This document shows, piece after piece, positions 20,436 to 29,218 of a stretch of 64,000 nt of DNA (position 1 is its first letter; the number at the start of each line of letters is the position of its first letter). The position numbers were made by a program, and so were the translations under genes. The notes under the pieces are model-generated. The model did no database searches, was not told the DNA's origin, and saw only the letters and a list, made by a program, of their open reading frames with translations. Origin of the DNA: an uncultured Sulfitobacter sp. (GTDB lineage Bacteria; Pseudomonadota; Alphaproteobacteria; Rhodobacterales; Rhodobacteraceae); contig CBDTVN010000001.1 of NCBI GenBank assembly GCA_965364195.1, forward strand, positions 721 through 64,720. Direction: 5' to 3'.

Positions 20436-21607
20436 TCTGGTATCAAAGCGCCGATGACTGAGTTCAAAACTCTAAACCCTTGATCTGTGACGGTTAGGGT
20501 GGAATCTGAAATTGCGATCATATCTATGTCCGTAAGATGCCTCACTGAATTTGAGTCGAGTGGCTTACCCGCTAGCTGAGCGTAGCGCTCTAGATCAATA
20601 CCATCCCTCAAGCGTAAGCCCATCAATAGAAATTCAGTGGCCTCATCCTCACGGGTGAGGCTTTCCCTACTTTGCTCGGGGCCATGTCCCCCAACTGCAT
20701 CAAGCCAACGCTTTGGATTGCTATAGCAGATCGTAGCATTTCTGCGCCCGTTAACAGTCAGCCGACCGTGTGCACCTGGGCCAATCCCAAGGTAATCACC
20801 ATAGCGCCAGTAGATCAGGTTGTGACGGGACTGGGCGCTATCGCGTGCGTGGTTTGACACTTCATACGCTGGCATCCCAGCAGCACCGCAAACCTCTTGT
20901 GTGAGATCAAACATATCGGCTCCGAGATCATCATCTGGAAGACCGCGTAACTTCCCTAGAGCATAGCGATCGCCAAATGCAGTCCCATCCTCAATTGTGA
21001 GCTGATATAAAGAAAGATGATCTATCGACAGTGTTAGAGCCAGATTCAGTTCGGCTTCCCAGTCCTTCAATGTTTGGTTCTGTCGGGCATAGATGAGATC
21101 AAAGCTGACCCGCTCAAATGTGTCCCGCGCGATGTCAAACGCCGCCAGTGCCTCGGAAGTCGAGTGTATGCGTCCTAGCCGTTTGAGGTCAGTGTCATTG
21201 AGTGCTTGGATACCCATTGAGATGCGGGAGACCCCACCATCGCGATAGGCCCTGAACCGTCCTGCTTCAACGGAACTCGGGTTCGCTTCCAGCGTGATTT
21301 CCAGATCATTCGCGGTTGGCCAAAGCGTTTTGATCTCTGCGATAACAACAGCAACAGTATCAGGATTCATCAAGCTCGGCGTGCCACCACCAAAGAAGAC
21401 GGACGTAACTGTCCGCCCCTGTGTTTCAGCGGCATATCGTTTTAGTTCGGATAGGTAAGCGGTTTTCCACGCAGCTTGATCAATGCTACGCGAAACGTGG
21501 CTGTTAAAATCACAGTAGGGGCATTTGGCCTCACAGAATGGCCAGTGAATATAGATGCCAAAGCCGCCCTGCCGCCAGTCTTCCGCTATAGAGAGATCAG
21601 CGGTCAA
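20432..21607 (-). CDS. hemW: Radical SAM heme chaperone HemW (HemN-like, oxygen-independent coproporphyrinogen oxidase family)
   Basis: 391 aa with the radical SAM cluster motif HWPFCEAKCPYCDF. Confidence 0.9.
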   Translation of the reverse strand: MTADLSIAEDWRQGGFGIYIHWPFCEAKCPYCDFNSHVSRSIDQAAWKTAYLSELKRYAAETQGRTVTSVFFGGGTPSLMNPDTVAVVIAEIKTLWPTANDLEITLEANPSSVEAGRFRAYRDGGVSRISMGIQALNDTDLKRLGRIHSTSEALAAFDIARDTFERVSFDLIYARQNQTLKDWEAELNLALTLSIDHLSLYQLTIEDGTAFGDRYALGKLRGLPDDDLGADMFDLTQEVCGAAGMPAYEVSNHARDSAQSRHNLIYWRYGDYLGIGPGAHGRLTVNGRRNATICYSNPKRWLDAVGGHGPEQSRESLTREDEATEFLLMGLRLRDGIDLERYAQLAGKPLDSNSVRHLTDIDMIAISDSTLTVTDQGFRVLNSVIGALIPD

Positions 21608-22211
21608 AGCACTGTGCCAAAATTTTAGTAAAGGCGTCTGCGCGATGGCTCATGGTATTCTTCTCATCATGGCTCATCTCCGCGAAAGTGCGCGTTTCAC
21701 CAATGGGCTGAAAGATTGGATCGTACCCATGACCCGTTTCGCCGCGCATGGGCCAAACAAATGTCCCATCGACGAACCCTTCAACAACCTCATCATGCCC
21801 GTCTGGCCATGCAAGAACCAAAGTTGCACAAAAGCGCGCCGCGCGAGGGCTAGGCGCATTCGCTTTTTCAAGAAGGTCATAGGTCTTGTGCATCGCCATC
21901 ACGAAATCCCGCCCATTTGGTGTCTCTGCCCAATCAGCGGTATAAACACCAGGTGCATTGTCTAGGGCCGCGACTTGAATACCGCTGTCATCGGCAAGCG
22001 CGGGAAGGCCGGTCGCCTTGACTGCCGCATGTGCTTTGAGGCGTGCATTTCCAATAAACGTATCTTCGGTTTCCTCCGGCTCATCCAGGCCCAGCTCTTT
22101 CGCCCCGACGACAGTGATGCCAAGTGGCGCGAACAGTTCCTGCATCTCTTCCAGCTTGCCCGCGTTATGCGTGGCAATCAGTATGCGGTCCCCTTCAAAC
22201 TTACGGCTCAT
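21597..22211 (-). CDS. rdgB: dITP/XTP pyrophosphatase (RdgB/HAM1 family)
   Basis: 204 aa with [12 protein letters not shown] and GHGYDPIF motifs. Confidence 0.9.
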   Translation of the reverse strand: MSRKFEGDRILIATHNAGKLEEMQELFAPLGITVVGAKELGLDEPEETEDTFIGNARLKAHAAVKATGLPALADDSGIQVAALDNAPGVYTADWAETPNGRDFVMAMHKTYDLLEKANAPSPRAARFCATLVLAWPDGHDEVVEGFVDGTFVWPMRGETGHGYDPIFQPIGETRTFAEMSHDEKNTMSHRADAFTKILAQCFDR

Positions 22212-22921
22212 CCGCAGGCTGCCTTCTGGATCGCTGTCAGTTCAGCGATGCCTTTTTCGGCCAAGTCGATAAGTTCGTTCATTTGCGCGCGGGAGTAGGT
22301 GGAGCCTTCGGCGCTCATCTGCGTTTCGATCATCTGGCCGCTTTCGGTCATGATGAAATTTCCGTCCACACCTGCCTCTGAATCCTCAGGGTAATCCAGA
22401 TCAAGCACAGGCTGGCCCGCGTAAATACCGCAGCTGATCGCGGCAACCGGATCGAGCATTGGATCGCTGATAACATCGCCCGCTTTCATCAACTTGTTCA
22501 CAGCCAAGCGCAGGGCGATCCAGCCCCCGGTAATTGAAGCACAGCGCGTGCCGCCATCTGCCTGCAACACATCACAGTCGACGGTAATCTGACGCTCGCC
22601 CAATGCGACGCGGTCTACACCAGCGCGCAAGGACCGCCCGATAAGGCGCTGAATTTCGACGGTACGGCCGCCCTGTTTACCCGCAGTTGCTTCGCGGCGC
22701 ATCCGCGTGTTGGTTGCACGGGGCAGCATACCGTATTCCGCAGTGACCCAACCAAGGCCCGACCCTTTGATGAAGGAGGGCACCCGCGGCTCAATGGAAG
22801 CCGTACACAATACATGGGTATCGCCCATCTTGATCAGCGCAGAGCCTTCGGCGTGTTTGGTAAAGCCTATTTCAACAGAGACATCGCGCATTTCGTCAAG
22901 TTTCCGACCGGATGGGCGCAT
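22208..22921 (-). CDS. rph: Ribonuclease PH
   Basis: 237 aa with MRPSGR.., the phosphate-binding [16 protein letters not shown], and [11 protein letters not shown]. Confidence 0.95.
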   Translation of the reverse strand: MRPSGRKLDEMRDVSVEIGFTKHAEGSALIKMGDTHVLCTASIEPRVPSFIKGSGLGWVTAEYGMLPRATNTRMRREATAGKQGGRTVEIQRLIGRSLRAGVDRVALGERQITVDCDVLQADGGTRCASITGGWIALRLAVNKLMKAGDVISDPMLDPVAAISCGIYAGQPVLDLDYPEDSEAGVDGNFIMTESGQMIETQMSAEGSTYSRAQMNELIDLAEKGIAELTAIQKAACG

Positions 22922-22968
22922 GGGATATTCCTTTTGTTTGATTTAGCCACCGAGATACCTTCCCGTCC

Positions 22969-22999
22969 CTTGCAGATGCAACCCCCGCACCCTTAATGT
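22969..22999 (+). promoter_or_regulatory. Candidate RpoH-type promoter of hrcA-grpE
   Basis: CTTGCAG (22969-22975), about 15-16 nt of spacer, then CCTTAATGT (22991-22999). The match to sigma32-type consensus is loose. Confidence 0.3.
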
Positions 23000-23005
23000 G
23001 ACAGT

Positions 23006-24070
23006 ATGACAGATACATCGAGCCTTTTGCAGGAGATGAATGATCGTTCGCGCGAAGTCTTTCGACGCGTGGTCGAAGGGTACTTGGCGAATGGTGATCC
23101 AGTCGGATCTCGCACGCTGACCCGAGATTTCTCTGAGAAGGTGAGTGCTGCGACAATCCGCAACGTGATGCAGGATTTGGAGTATCTTGGCCTGCTCGAC
23201 AGTCCCCATGCCAGCGCGGGCCGTGTGCCGACCCAAATGGGGTTGCGGATGTTTGTGGATGGATTGCTCGAGGTCGGAAGCCCTGACGTGGGCGACCGTG
23301 CCCAGATCGATGCGACGTTGGGGCGGAATGAAGATGATGTGGCTGGGATGCTCGATCGTCTTGGAACCGCACTCTCCGGTGTCACGCATGGCGCGTCTTT
23401 GGTCCTCGCACCTAAGCATGAAGCACCGATTAAGCACATCGAATTTGTATCGCTGTCCCATGACCGCGCTCTTGCGGTTCTGGTGTTCTCTGACGGCCAT
23501 GTTGAAAATCGCCTGTTTGCACCGCCGCTGGGTCAAACTCCCAGCTCTATGCGGGAGGCGGCGAACTTTTTGAATTCTCTGGTTGAGGGTAAAACCCTGA
23601 GCGAGCTTCAGCGCACCATCAAGACCGAGATGAAAAAGCGGCGTCAGGAGATCGACACACTTGCTGCTGAGTTGGTGACAAGCGGACTGGTGATTTGGGA
23701 AAGCGGAGAGGACCAGCCAGAGCGCCTTATCGTACGCGGCCGTGCTAATCTGCTCACGGGAAGTGGCGAGGCGCAGGATTTGGAGAAGGTTCGAAGCCTG
23801 TTCGACGACCTTGAACGCAAGCGTGATATCGCTGATTTCCTTGAATTAGCCGAAGATGGCGACGGTGTGCGCATTTTTATTGGCTCTGAGAACAAACTTT
23901 TCTCACTTTCGGGTTCCTCTTTGGTGGTTTCCCCATATATGAACTCTGATCGTAAGATCATCGGTGCTGTGGGTGTCATTGGGCCCACACGCCTGAACTA
24001 TGGACGTATCGTGCCGATTGTGAACTACACGGCGCAACTGGTCGGGAAGTTGATTTCCGACCGGAGTTAG
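23006..24070 (+). CDS. hrcA: Heat-inducible transcription repressor HrcA
   Basis: 354 aa with the N-terminal winged-helix region (LNDRSREVFRRVVEGYLANGDPVGSRTL). It is followed directly by grpE. Confidence 0.9.
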   Translation: MTDTSSLLQEMNDRSREVFRRVVEGYLANGDPVGSRTLTRDFSEKVSAATIRNVMQDLEYLGLLDSPHASAGRVPTQMGLRMFVDGLLEVGSPDVGDRAQIDATLGRNEDDVAGMLDRLGTALSGVTHGASLVLAPKHEAPIKHIEFVSLSHDRALAVLVFSDGHVENRLFAPPLGQTPSSMREAANFLNSLVEGKTLSELQRTIKTEMKKRRQEIDTLAAELVTSGLVIWESGEDQPERLIVRGRANLLTGSGEAQDLEKVRSLFDDLERKRDIADFLELAEDGDGVRIFIGSENKLFSLSGSSLVVSPYMNSDRKIIGAVGVIGPTRLNYGRIVPIVNYTAQLVGKLISDRS

Positions 24071-24079
24071 AGGAAAAAA

Positions 24080-24634
24080 ATGGCAGACCCAAACGATTTT
24101 CTGGATGATCCCGAAGCCGCAGAAGCAGAGGCCTATGCGGACGAGATGGAAGAAATTGACGAGGACGAACTCGCTCTCGAAGAAGTAATGGCTGAACGCG
24201 ATCAGTATAAAGACCGCTTTACCCGTGCGCTGGCTGATGCCGAAAATGCGCGCAAGCGGTCGGACAAAGATCGCCGTGAGGCAGAGAATTATGGCGGCTC
24301 AAAACTCGCCCGCGATATGCTGTCTGTCTATGACAACATGAAGCGCGCGCTTGAAGCGGCGACCGAGGAGCAGCGCGCTGTGTCTGGTCCGCTCCTTGAA
24401 GGGATTGATCTCACCATGCGCGAGCTTTTGTCCGTCTTCAAGAATCACGGGATCGTGTCGGTGACGCCCGAAGTGGGTGATCGCTTTGATCCCAAAGTGC
24501 ACCAGGCGATGTTCGAAGCGCCGGTGCCTGATACCAAAGCGGGTGATATCATTCAGGTCGCCGCTGAAGGCTTCATGTTGCATGATCGTTTGCTGCGCCC
24601 TGCGCAGGTTGGTGTGTCCTCTACACCCCGCTAA
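24080..24634 (+). CDS. grpE: Nucleotide exchange factor GrpE
   Basis: 184 aa with an acidic N-terminus, a coiled coil (RALADAENARKR), and the C-terminal GDRFDPKVHQAM. Confidence 0.9.
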   Translation: MADPNDFLDDPEAAEAEAYADEMEEIDEDELALEEVMAERDQYKDRFTRALADAENARKRSDKDRREAENYGGSKLARDMLSVYDNMKRALEAATEEQRAVSGPLLEGIDLTMRELLSVFKNHGIVSVTPEVGDRFDPKVHQAMFEAPVPDTKAGDIIQVAAEGFMLHDRLLRPAQVGVSSTPR

Positions 24635-24658
24635 TTGGGTAATCCTACACTGTACGGG

Positions 24659-24690
24659 AAGAGGCGGTCAGGTTTTGGCCGCCTCTTTTA
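24659..24690. terminator. Hairpin terminator between convergent grpE and mutS
   Basis: AAGAGGCGG (24659-24667) pairs with CCGCCTCTT (24679-24687), followed by TTTTAG. The hairpin overlaps the last codons of mutS. Confidence 0.55.
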
Positions 24691-27310
24691 GTTTGTAGAT
24701 AAGGTCCAATGCTTCTCGGGGTGTAAGCTCATCGGGCATTATTTCCCCCATAAGGGTATCAACCGCTGATGCTTTTACCGGCGCAGGAGGTGGCGTTGGT
24801 TTCATTGCAAACAGCGGCAGATCGTCGATCAACGTTTTCTGCGTGGCGCCACCCTCCCGCTCACCTTTCTCTAACGCTTCGAGCACAACGCGGGCGCGGG
24901 CAATGACTGCGGGCGGGAGGCCTGCAAGTTGAGCAACTTGCACACCGTATGACCGATCCGCAGCACCCTTCTTCACTTCATGCAGGAAGATCACTTCGCC
25001 TTCCCATTCCTTCACCGTAACGGTGGCGTTATCGACCCCGTCCAGCTTACCCGCCAAGGCCGTCATCTCATGGTAATGCGTGGCAAAGAGAGCGCGCGCG
25101 CGGTTCACATCATGCAGATGCTCTAGGGTGGCCCAGGCGATCGACAATCCATCGTAGGTCGCTGTGCCACGCCCGATCTCATCGAGAATCACCAACGCGC
25201 GGTCATCTGCTTGGTTCAGGATTGCAGCCGTCTCAACCATCTCGACCATAAATGTTGAGCGACCCCGCGCCAAATCATCGGACGCACCGACGCGGCTGAA
25301 CAGTTGGCTTACCAATCCGATATGGGCGGATCGGGCAGGAACATAGCTGCCCATTTGGGCAATCAACGCCATGAGCGCGTTCTGACGAAGGTATGTTGAT
25401 TTACCAGCCATGTTCGGACCTGTGAGAAGCCAGATTGCAGCGTCTGTGTCAGCGCTCAAATTACAATCATTTGCTACAAACTGCGCGCCAGATTGCTGAG
25501 CCAATGCGCGCTCCACTACGGGATGCCGACCGCCCTGAATGTCGAAGGCGCGGGAATTATCGACTGTGGGTTTGACCCAATTTTCGGACTGGGCCAAATC
25601 AGCGAGGGCTGCAGCGAGATCAAGTTCTGCAAGGGCCGCGGATGTTGCACCAATCTCACCCGCTCTTTGCAAAATAGCATCCCTAAGACTGGAATAGAGT
25701 TGCTTTTCCAATTCAACAGCATGGTTCCCAGCGTTTAGGATTTTGGTTTCAAGTTCGGAAAGCTCTACTGTGGTAAAGCGAACCTGATTGGCCGTCGTCT
25801 GACGGTGGATGAATGTATCGGACAACGGCGGGGACAGCATCTTTTCCGCGTGTGTCGATGTCGTCTCGATAAAGTAGCCAAGCACATTGTTGTGTTTGAT
25901 TTTTAGAGCCGAAATGCCTGTATCAGTGACAAATTGTGCCTGCATCCTTGCCACAACGCTGCGACCTTCATCGCGCAGTTGGCGCACTTCATCCAGCTCT
26001 TCACGGTAGCCTTGGGCGATGAAGCCGCCATCGCGCGCCAGTAGGGGCGGTTCAGCAACCAACGCTTCACCCAAAAGATCAACCAGTTCATCATGGCCAG
26101 CTAGGTTTGCCACCGCTGACTTTAAGAGCGGAGGTAGATCAAGGGTATGGAGGGTCTGGTTGAGGTACGCGGCCTCAGACAGCCCATTTCTGATAGCCGC
26201 GAGGTCACGCGGCCCACCACGATCAAGGGAAAGTCGCGACAAGGCACGCTCAAGATCAGGCACAGCGCGCAAGCGATCACGGATATCTTGCGCGATACGT
26301 GTGTTTGCTGTGGCGAAATCAACAGCATCCAAACGCGCATGAATAGTCTCTAATACACGTGAAGGGCTAGAAATTCTCCGCTCCAACAGCCGCGCGCCAA
26401 CGGCGGTTACTGTTCTGTCCATTACGGCAAGCAGTGTGCCGGCACGACCACCAGACAGAGCGTGGGTCAGCTCCAGATTTCGGCGCGTGGCAGCATCGAT
26501 CTGGACGGTCCGCGCTTCTGCCTCTTTTACAGGCTTGCGCAGTAGCGGAAGATTGCCCTTTTGCGTCATGTCCAGATATTCGATCAACGCACCCATTGCC
26601 GAGACCTCGGCGCGGTTAAAGCTGCCAAACGCATCAAGCGAAGTGACACCAAAAAGCGAGCACAGGCGCGCTTCCGCGCCGGTACTGTCAAAGCTCGCGC
26701 GCGCAAGGGAAGTGAGCGACAACCCGAACTCAGCTTCAAGCTCACGGTGCTCGGTCTCTTTCCCTTCGGCGATCAAAAGCTCTGATGGAGCAAGGCGCGC
26801 AAGTTCTGGCCCAAGCCGCACAAGTGGAACCGTCATCACATGAAACGCGCCGGTCGAGATATCGACCCACGCAAGCGCATGTGCATCGCGTACCTCGGCA
26901 AAGGCGGCGAGGTAGTTGTGACGCCGCGCTTCAAGAAGCGATTCCTCAGTCAACGTACCAGGTGTGACCAGCCGAACCACATCGCGCTTGACGACAGATT
27001 TATTGCCCCGCTGTCTTGCCTCGGCAGGTGTTTCCAACTGCTCCCCAACGGCGACACGAAACCCCTTGCGGATCAATGTGAGCAGATACCCTTCGGAGGC
27101 ATGAACCGGAACGCCGCACATAGGGATATCATTGCCGGCGTGTTTGCCACGTTTCGTAAGGGCGATGTCCAGCGCCTCCGCCGCGGCAACGGCGTCGTCG
27201 AAAAACAGTTCATAGAAATCGCCCATGCGATAAAATAAAAGCGCATCCGGATAACCGGATTTTATCTCCAAGTACTGGGCCATCATTGGAGTTACTGTGC
27301 TGGTGCTCAT
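24668..27310 (-). CDS. mutS: DNA mismatch repair protein MutS
   Basis: About 880 aa from ATG 27310 (MSTSTVTPMMAQYLEIK), with a GAGGGGG Shine-Dalgarno a few nt upstream. Mismatch-binding motif GDFYELF and Walker A GPNMAGKST. Confidence 0.95.
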   Translation of the reverse strand: MSTSTVTPMMAQYLEIKSGYPDALLFYRMGDFYELFFDDAVAAAEALDIALTKRGKHAGNDIPMCGVPVHASEGYLLTLIRKGFRVAVGEQLETPAEARQRGNKSVVKRDVVRLVTPGTLTEESLLEARRHNYLAAFAEVRDAHALAWVDISTGAFHVMTVPLVRLGPELARLAPSELLIAEGKETEHRELEAEFGLSLTSLARASFDSTGAEARLCSLFGVTSLDAFGSFNRAEVSAMGALIEYLDMTQKGNLPLLRKPVKEAEARTVQIDAATRRNLELTHALSGGRAGTLLAVMDRTVTAVGARLLERRISSPSRVLETIHARLDAVDFATANTRIAQDIRDRLRAVPDLERALSRLSLDRGGPRDLAAIRNGLSEAAYLNQTLHTLDLPPLLKSAVANLAGHDELVDLLGEALVAEPPLLARDGGFIAQGYREELDEVRQLRDEGRSVVARMQAQFVTDTGISALKIKHNNVLGYFIETTSTHAEKMLSPPLSDTFIHRQTTANQVRFTTVELSELETKILNAGNHAVELEKQLYSSLRDAILQRAGEIGATSAALAELDLAAALADLAQSENWVKPTVDNSRAFDIQGGRHPVVERALAQQSGAQFVANDCNLSADTDAAIWLLTGPNMAGKSTYLRQNALMALIAQMGSYVPARSAHIGLVSQLFSRVGASDDLARGRSTFMVEMVETAAILNQADDRALVILDEIGRGTATYDGLSIAWATLEHLHDVNRARALFATHYHEMTALAGKLDGVDNATVTVKEWEGEVIFLHEVKKGAADRSYGVQVAQLAGLPPAVIARARVVLEALEKGEREGGATQKTLIDDLPLFAMKPTPPPAPVKASAVDTLMGEIMPDELTPREALDLIYKLKEAAKT

Positions 27311-27430
27311 ATGCATCCCCCTCGCATGCAACGTCCTTACAAAACCAAAGCTATGGAGGGAAGGGGGCCGACCATATGGACGGCTCTCGTTAATGTGGTA
27401 CAGATGGTTAACACGCTCCTCTGACAAACG

Positions 27431-29158
27431 TTGAACCCAGTGCGTAATAAAATCGACTTTTCTGCAGATCCCGACTCCCTGTTCCTAAATCCTTGGCAGG
27501 AAGAGGGACTTAAACTGCTGAGCCGCCCTAAGTATTTTTGGCGCAAGATGCCAGCGGCAACAATTGACGGTTTTGGTGTAAGTGTTCATTCGGAGATCAA
27601 CGAAAAGATCCGATCCTTTGTGACGACAGTTAAGCGGCACAAAAAATTTAAATCCGCAGTAGAGATCAATGCAGTACCCGCCGTGATCGAGCAAGCCAGC
27701 TTTCGCAAATCGCATGTCATGGCTGGGGAGAAGCTGGTGCTGTCGGGTGCATCGGCCACACGATTGCAGAATACATACCGTTTGGATCATGCAGAGAGCG
27801 AAGCAGCCGCCATAGATGCGTTGAACACTTATTTTGGAAAATGCCGCGCGACAAACGAGGGGCGGCGAATAAGTGAGGAAAAAACCTTTTTAGAGTCTGA
27901 TTTAGACTTCGCAATCGAGTGTCGAAATACCTTTAACTACTATCATTTCATAACTGAGTCCCTCAGCCAGCTTTGCGTTTTGGATGAAGTGGGGTTTCAG
28001 GGAAATATCTATTTCCACTTTCCCAATAAGGAAGAAAAGCACCGCAATTTTGCGGATGCCTTTGTGGAGGCGCTGTTCCCCGAATATGTCGGCCGGGTGT
28101 TCTTTGAGCGTGCGCCAAAGGATTATGACTTGGTCCTAACAGCCTATGATTTCTTTGGTGGGATGTGTCAGATGCCAGAGGCAGACTTCGGCAAGCTGTC
28201 AGAGATTGTGCCGGATGGTGTGACTTTGGGAACAGTCGGGTTTTCCCAAGTACTGGCCATGAACTCTGTAAGCAGCGCGATTTTGGCCCTGCGCGTGCGT
28301 GCGCTCAAAGCGATTGAGGGGCGCGACTTTAGCCATTTGCCAAAACGGTTCTTTGTGGGCCGCGGAGACGCGCAAAGCCGCGCCCGTCCGCTGGAAGGGC
28401 AAGACTTGCTTCTGGAGCATTTGCTGCGCTTTGGTTTTGAGTATGTTGTATTCGAAGATCTTGAGCCATTGGAGCAGGTGGCACTGATGGCGCAGGCGGA
28501 AATGATGATTTCGCACCACGGGGCCGGTTTCACGAATATGATTTTTGCTAATCCAGATGCTTATGTGATTGAACTAGGAACGCTGCAAACTGCAAAGAAA
28601 CGCTGGGCTGACTTCTGGCCATTGGCCACTGCAAGCCAGTGCCGCTATCTCAGCTTTTTTGCCGATTTCAGCAGTGATGATCCGTTACAGGAGCCAACTT
28701 TTGCGAATGACGGTATTGTGCCGACAGCCGTTTCCAGCTTTGCGGCAGCCCAAGTGATGACTTTTGTGGTGACGGTGTTGGGCCGTGTCCCGAACATGCC
28801 TGATACTGATAGCCTTTTGGTTTTGGGGGAGCGCGTTTTTCGTGCTGGCGCCATTGAACAAGCGTTGTTGCTTTTGGCGGAGCATGAGCATCTGGTTATC
28901 GGTAGTTTCGATTTGTGCATTTTACGCGCAGACTGTCATAAGGTGCTGGACCAACCCAAATCCGAACTGATCGCACTTGAGCAAGCATTCAAGGCTGACG
29001 CGGATGTGTGGCAAACACTGGTGCGTATCATTTGGTGTGCCAGACGGTGCGAACGACCACAGGTTATCCGTTGGGCGTTGTCGCGTCTTGAGATTGATTT
29101 TCCGGAGCGGCATGAGGTGTTTGTCACAAATCATGAGTGGATCCGTTTCGTCGCGTGA
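27431..29158 (+). CDS. DUF563 / glycosyltransferase family 61-like protein with N- and C-terminal extensions of unknown function
   Basis: 575-aa ORF. The central region has GT61/DUF563-type motifs (NTFNYYHFITESLSQL; EMMISHHGAGFTNMIFANPDAYVIEL). The start is uncertain (TTG 27431 or ATG 27548). It is visibly AT-richer than its neighbours. Confidence 0.6.
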   Translation: MNPVRNKIDFSADPDSLFLNPWQEEGLKLLSRPKYFWRKMPAATIDGFGVSVHSEINEKIRSFVTTVKRHKKFKSAVEINAVPAVIEQASFRKSHVMAGEKLVLSGASATRLQNTYRLDHAESEAAAIDALNTYFGKCRATNEGRRISEEKTFLESDLDFAIECRNTFNYYHFITESLSQLCVLDEVGFQGNIYFHFPNKEEKHRNFADAFVEALFPEYVGRVFFERAPKDYDLVLTAYDFFGGMCQMPEADFGKLSEIVPDGVTLGTVGFSQVLAMNSVSSAILALRVRALKAIEGRDFSHLPKRFFVGRGDAQSRARPLEGQDLLLEHLLRFGFEYVVFEDLEPLEQVALMAQAEMMISHHGAGFTNMIFANPDAYVIELGTLQTAKKRWADFWPLATASQCRYLSFFADFSSDDPLQEPTFANDGIVPTAVSSFAAAQVMTFVVTVLGRVPNMPDTDSLLVLGERVFRAGAIEQALLLLAEHEHLVIGSFDLCILRADCHKVLDQPKSELIALEQAFKADADVWQTLVRIIWCARRCERPQVIRWALSRLEIDFPERHEVFVTNHEWIRFVA

Positions 29159-29218
29159 TTGTGCGCCGGGCATTCGGGGGTTATGAACGATTAATCCTAA
29201 TTTGAGAGTGCCCAGCCC

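Noticed and set aside
22941-22960. Possible CIRCE operator upstream of hrcA (TTAGCCACC...)
   Set aside because: Only the left half loosely resembles TTAGCACTC. No GAGTGCTAA partner lies 9 nt downstream, so it is not a CIRCE inverted repeat.
27311-29218. The GT61-like gene as a mobile element or genomic island
   Set aside because: I could find no integrase, transposase, flanking direct or inverted repeats, or tRNA target. It is therefore reported only as a compositionally atypical single-gene insertion.
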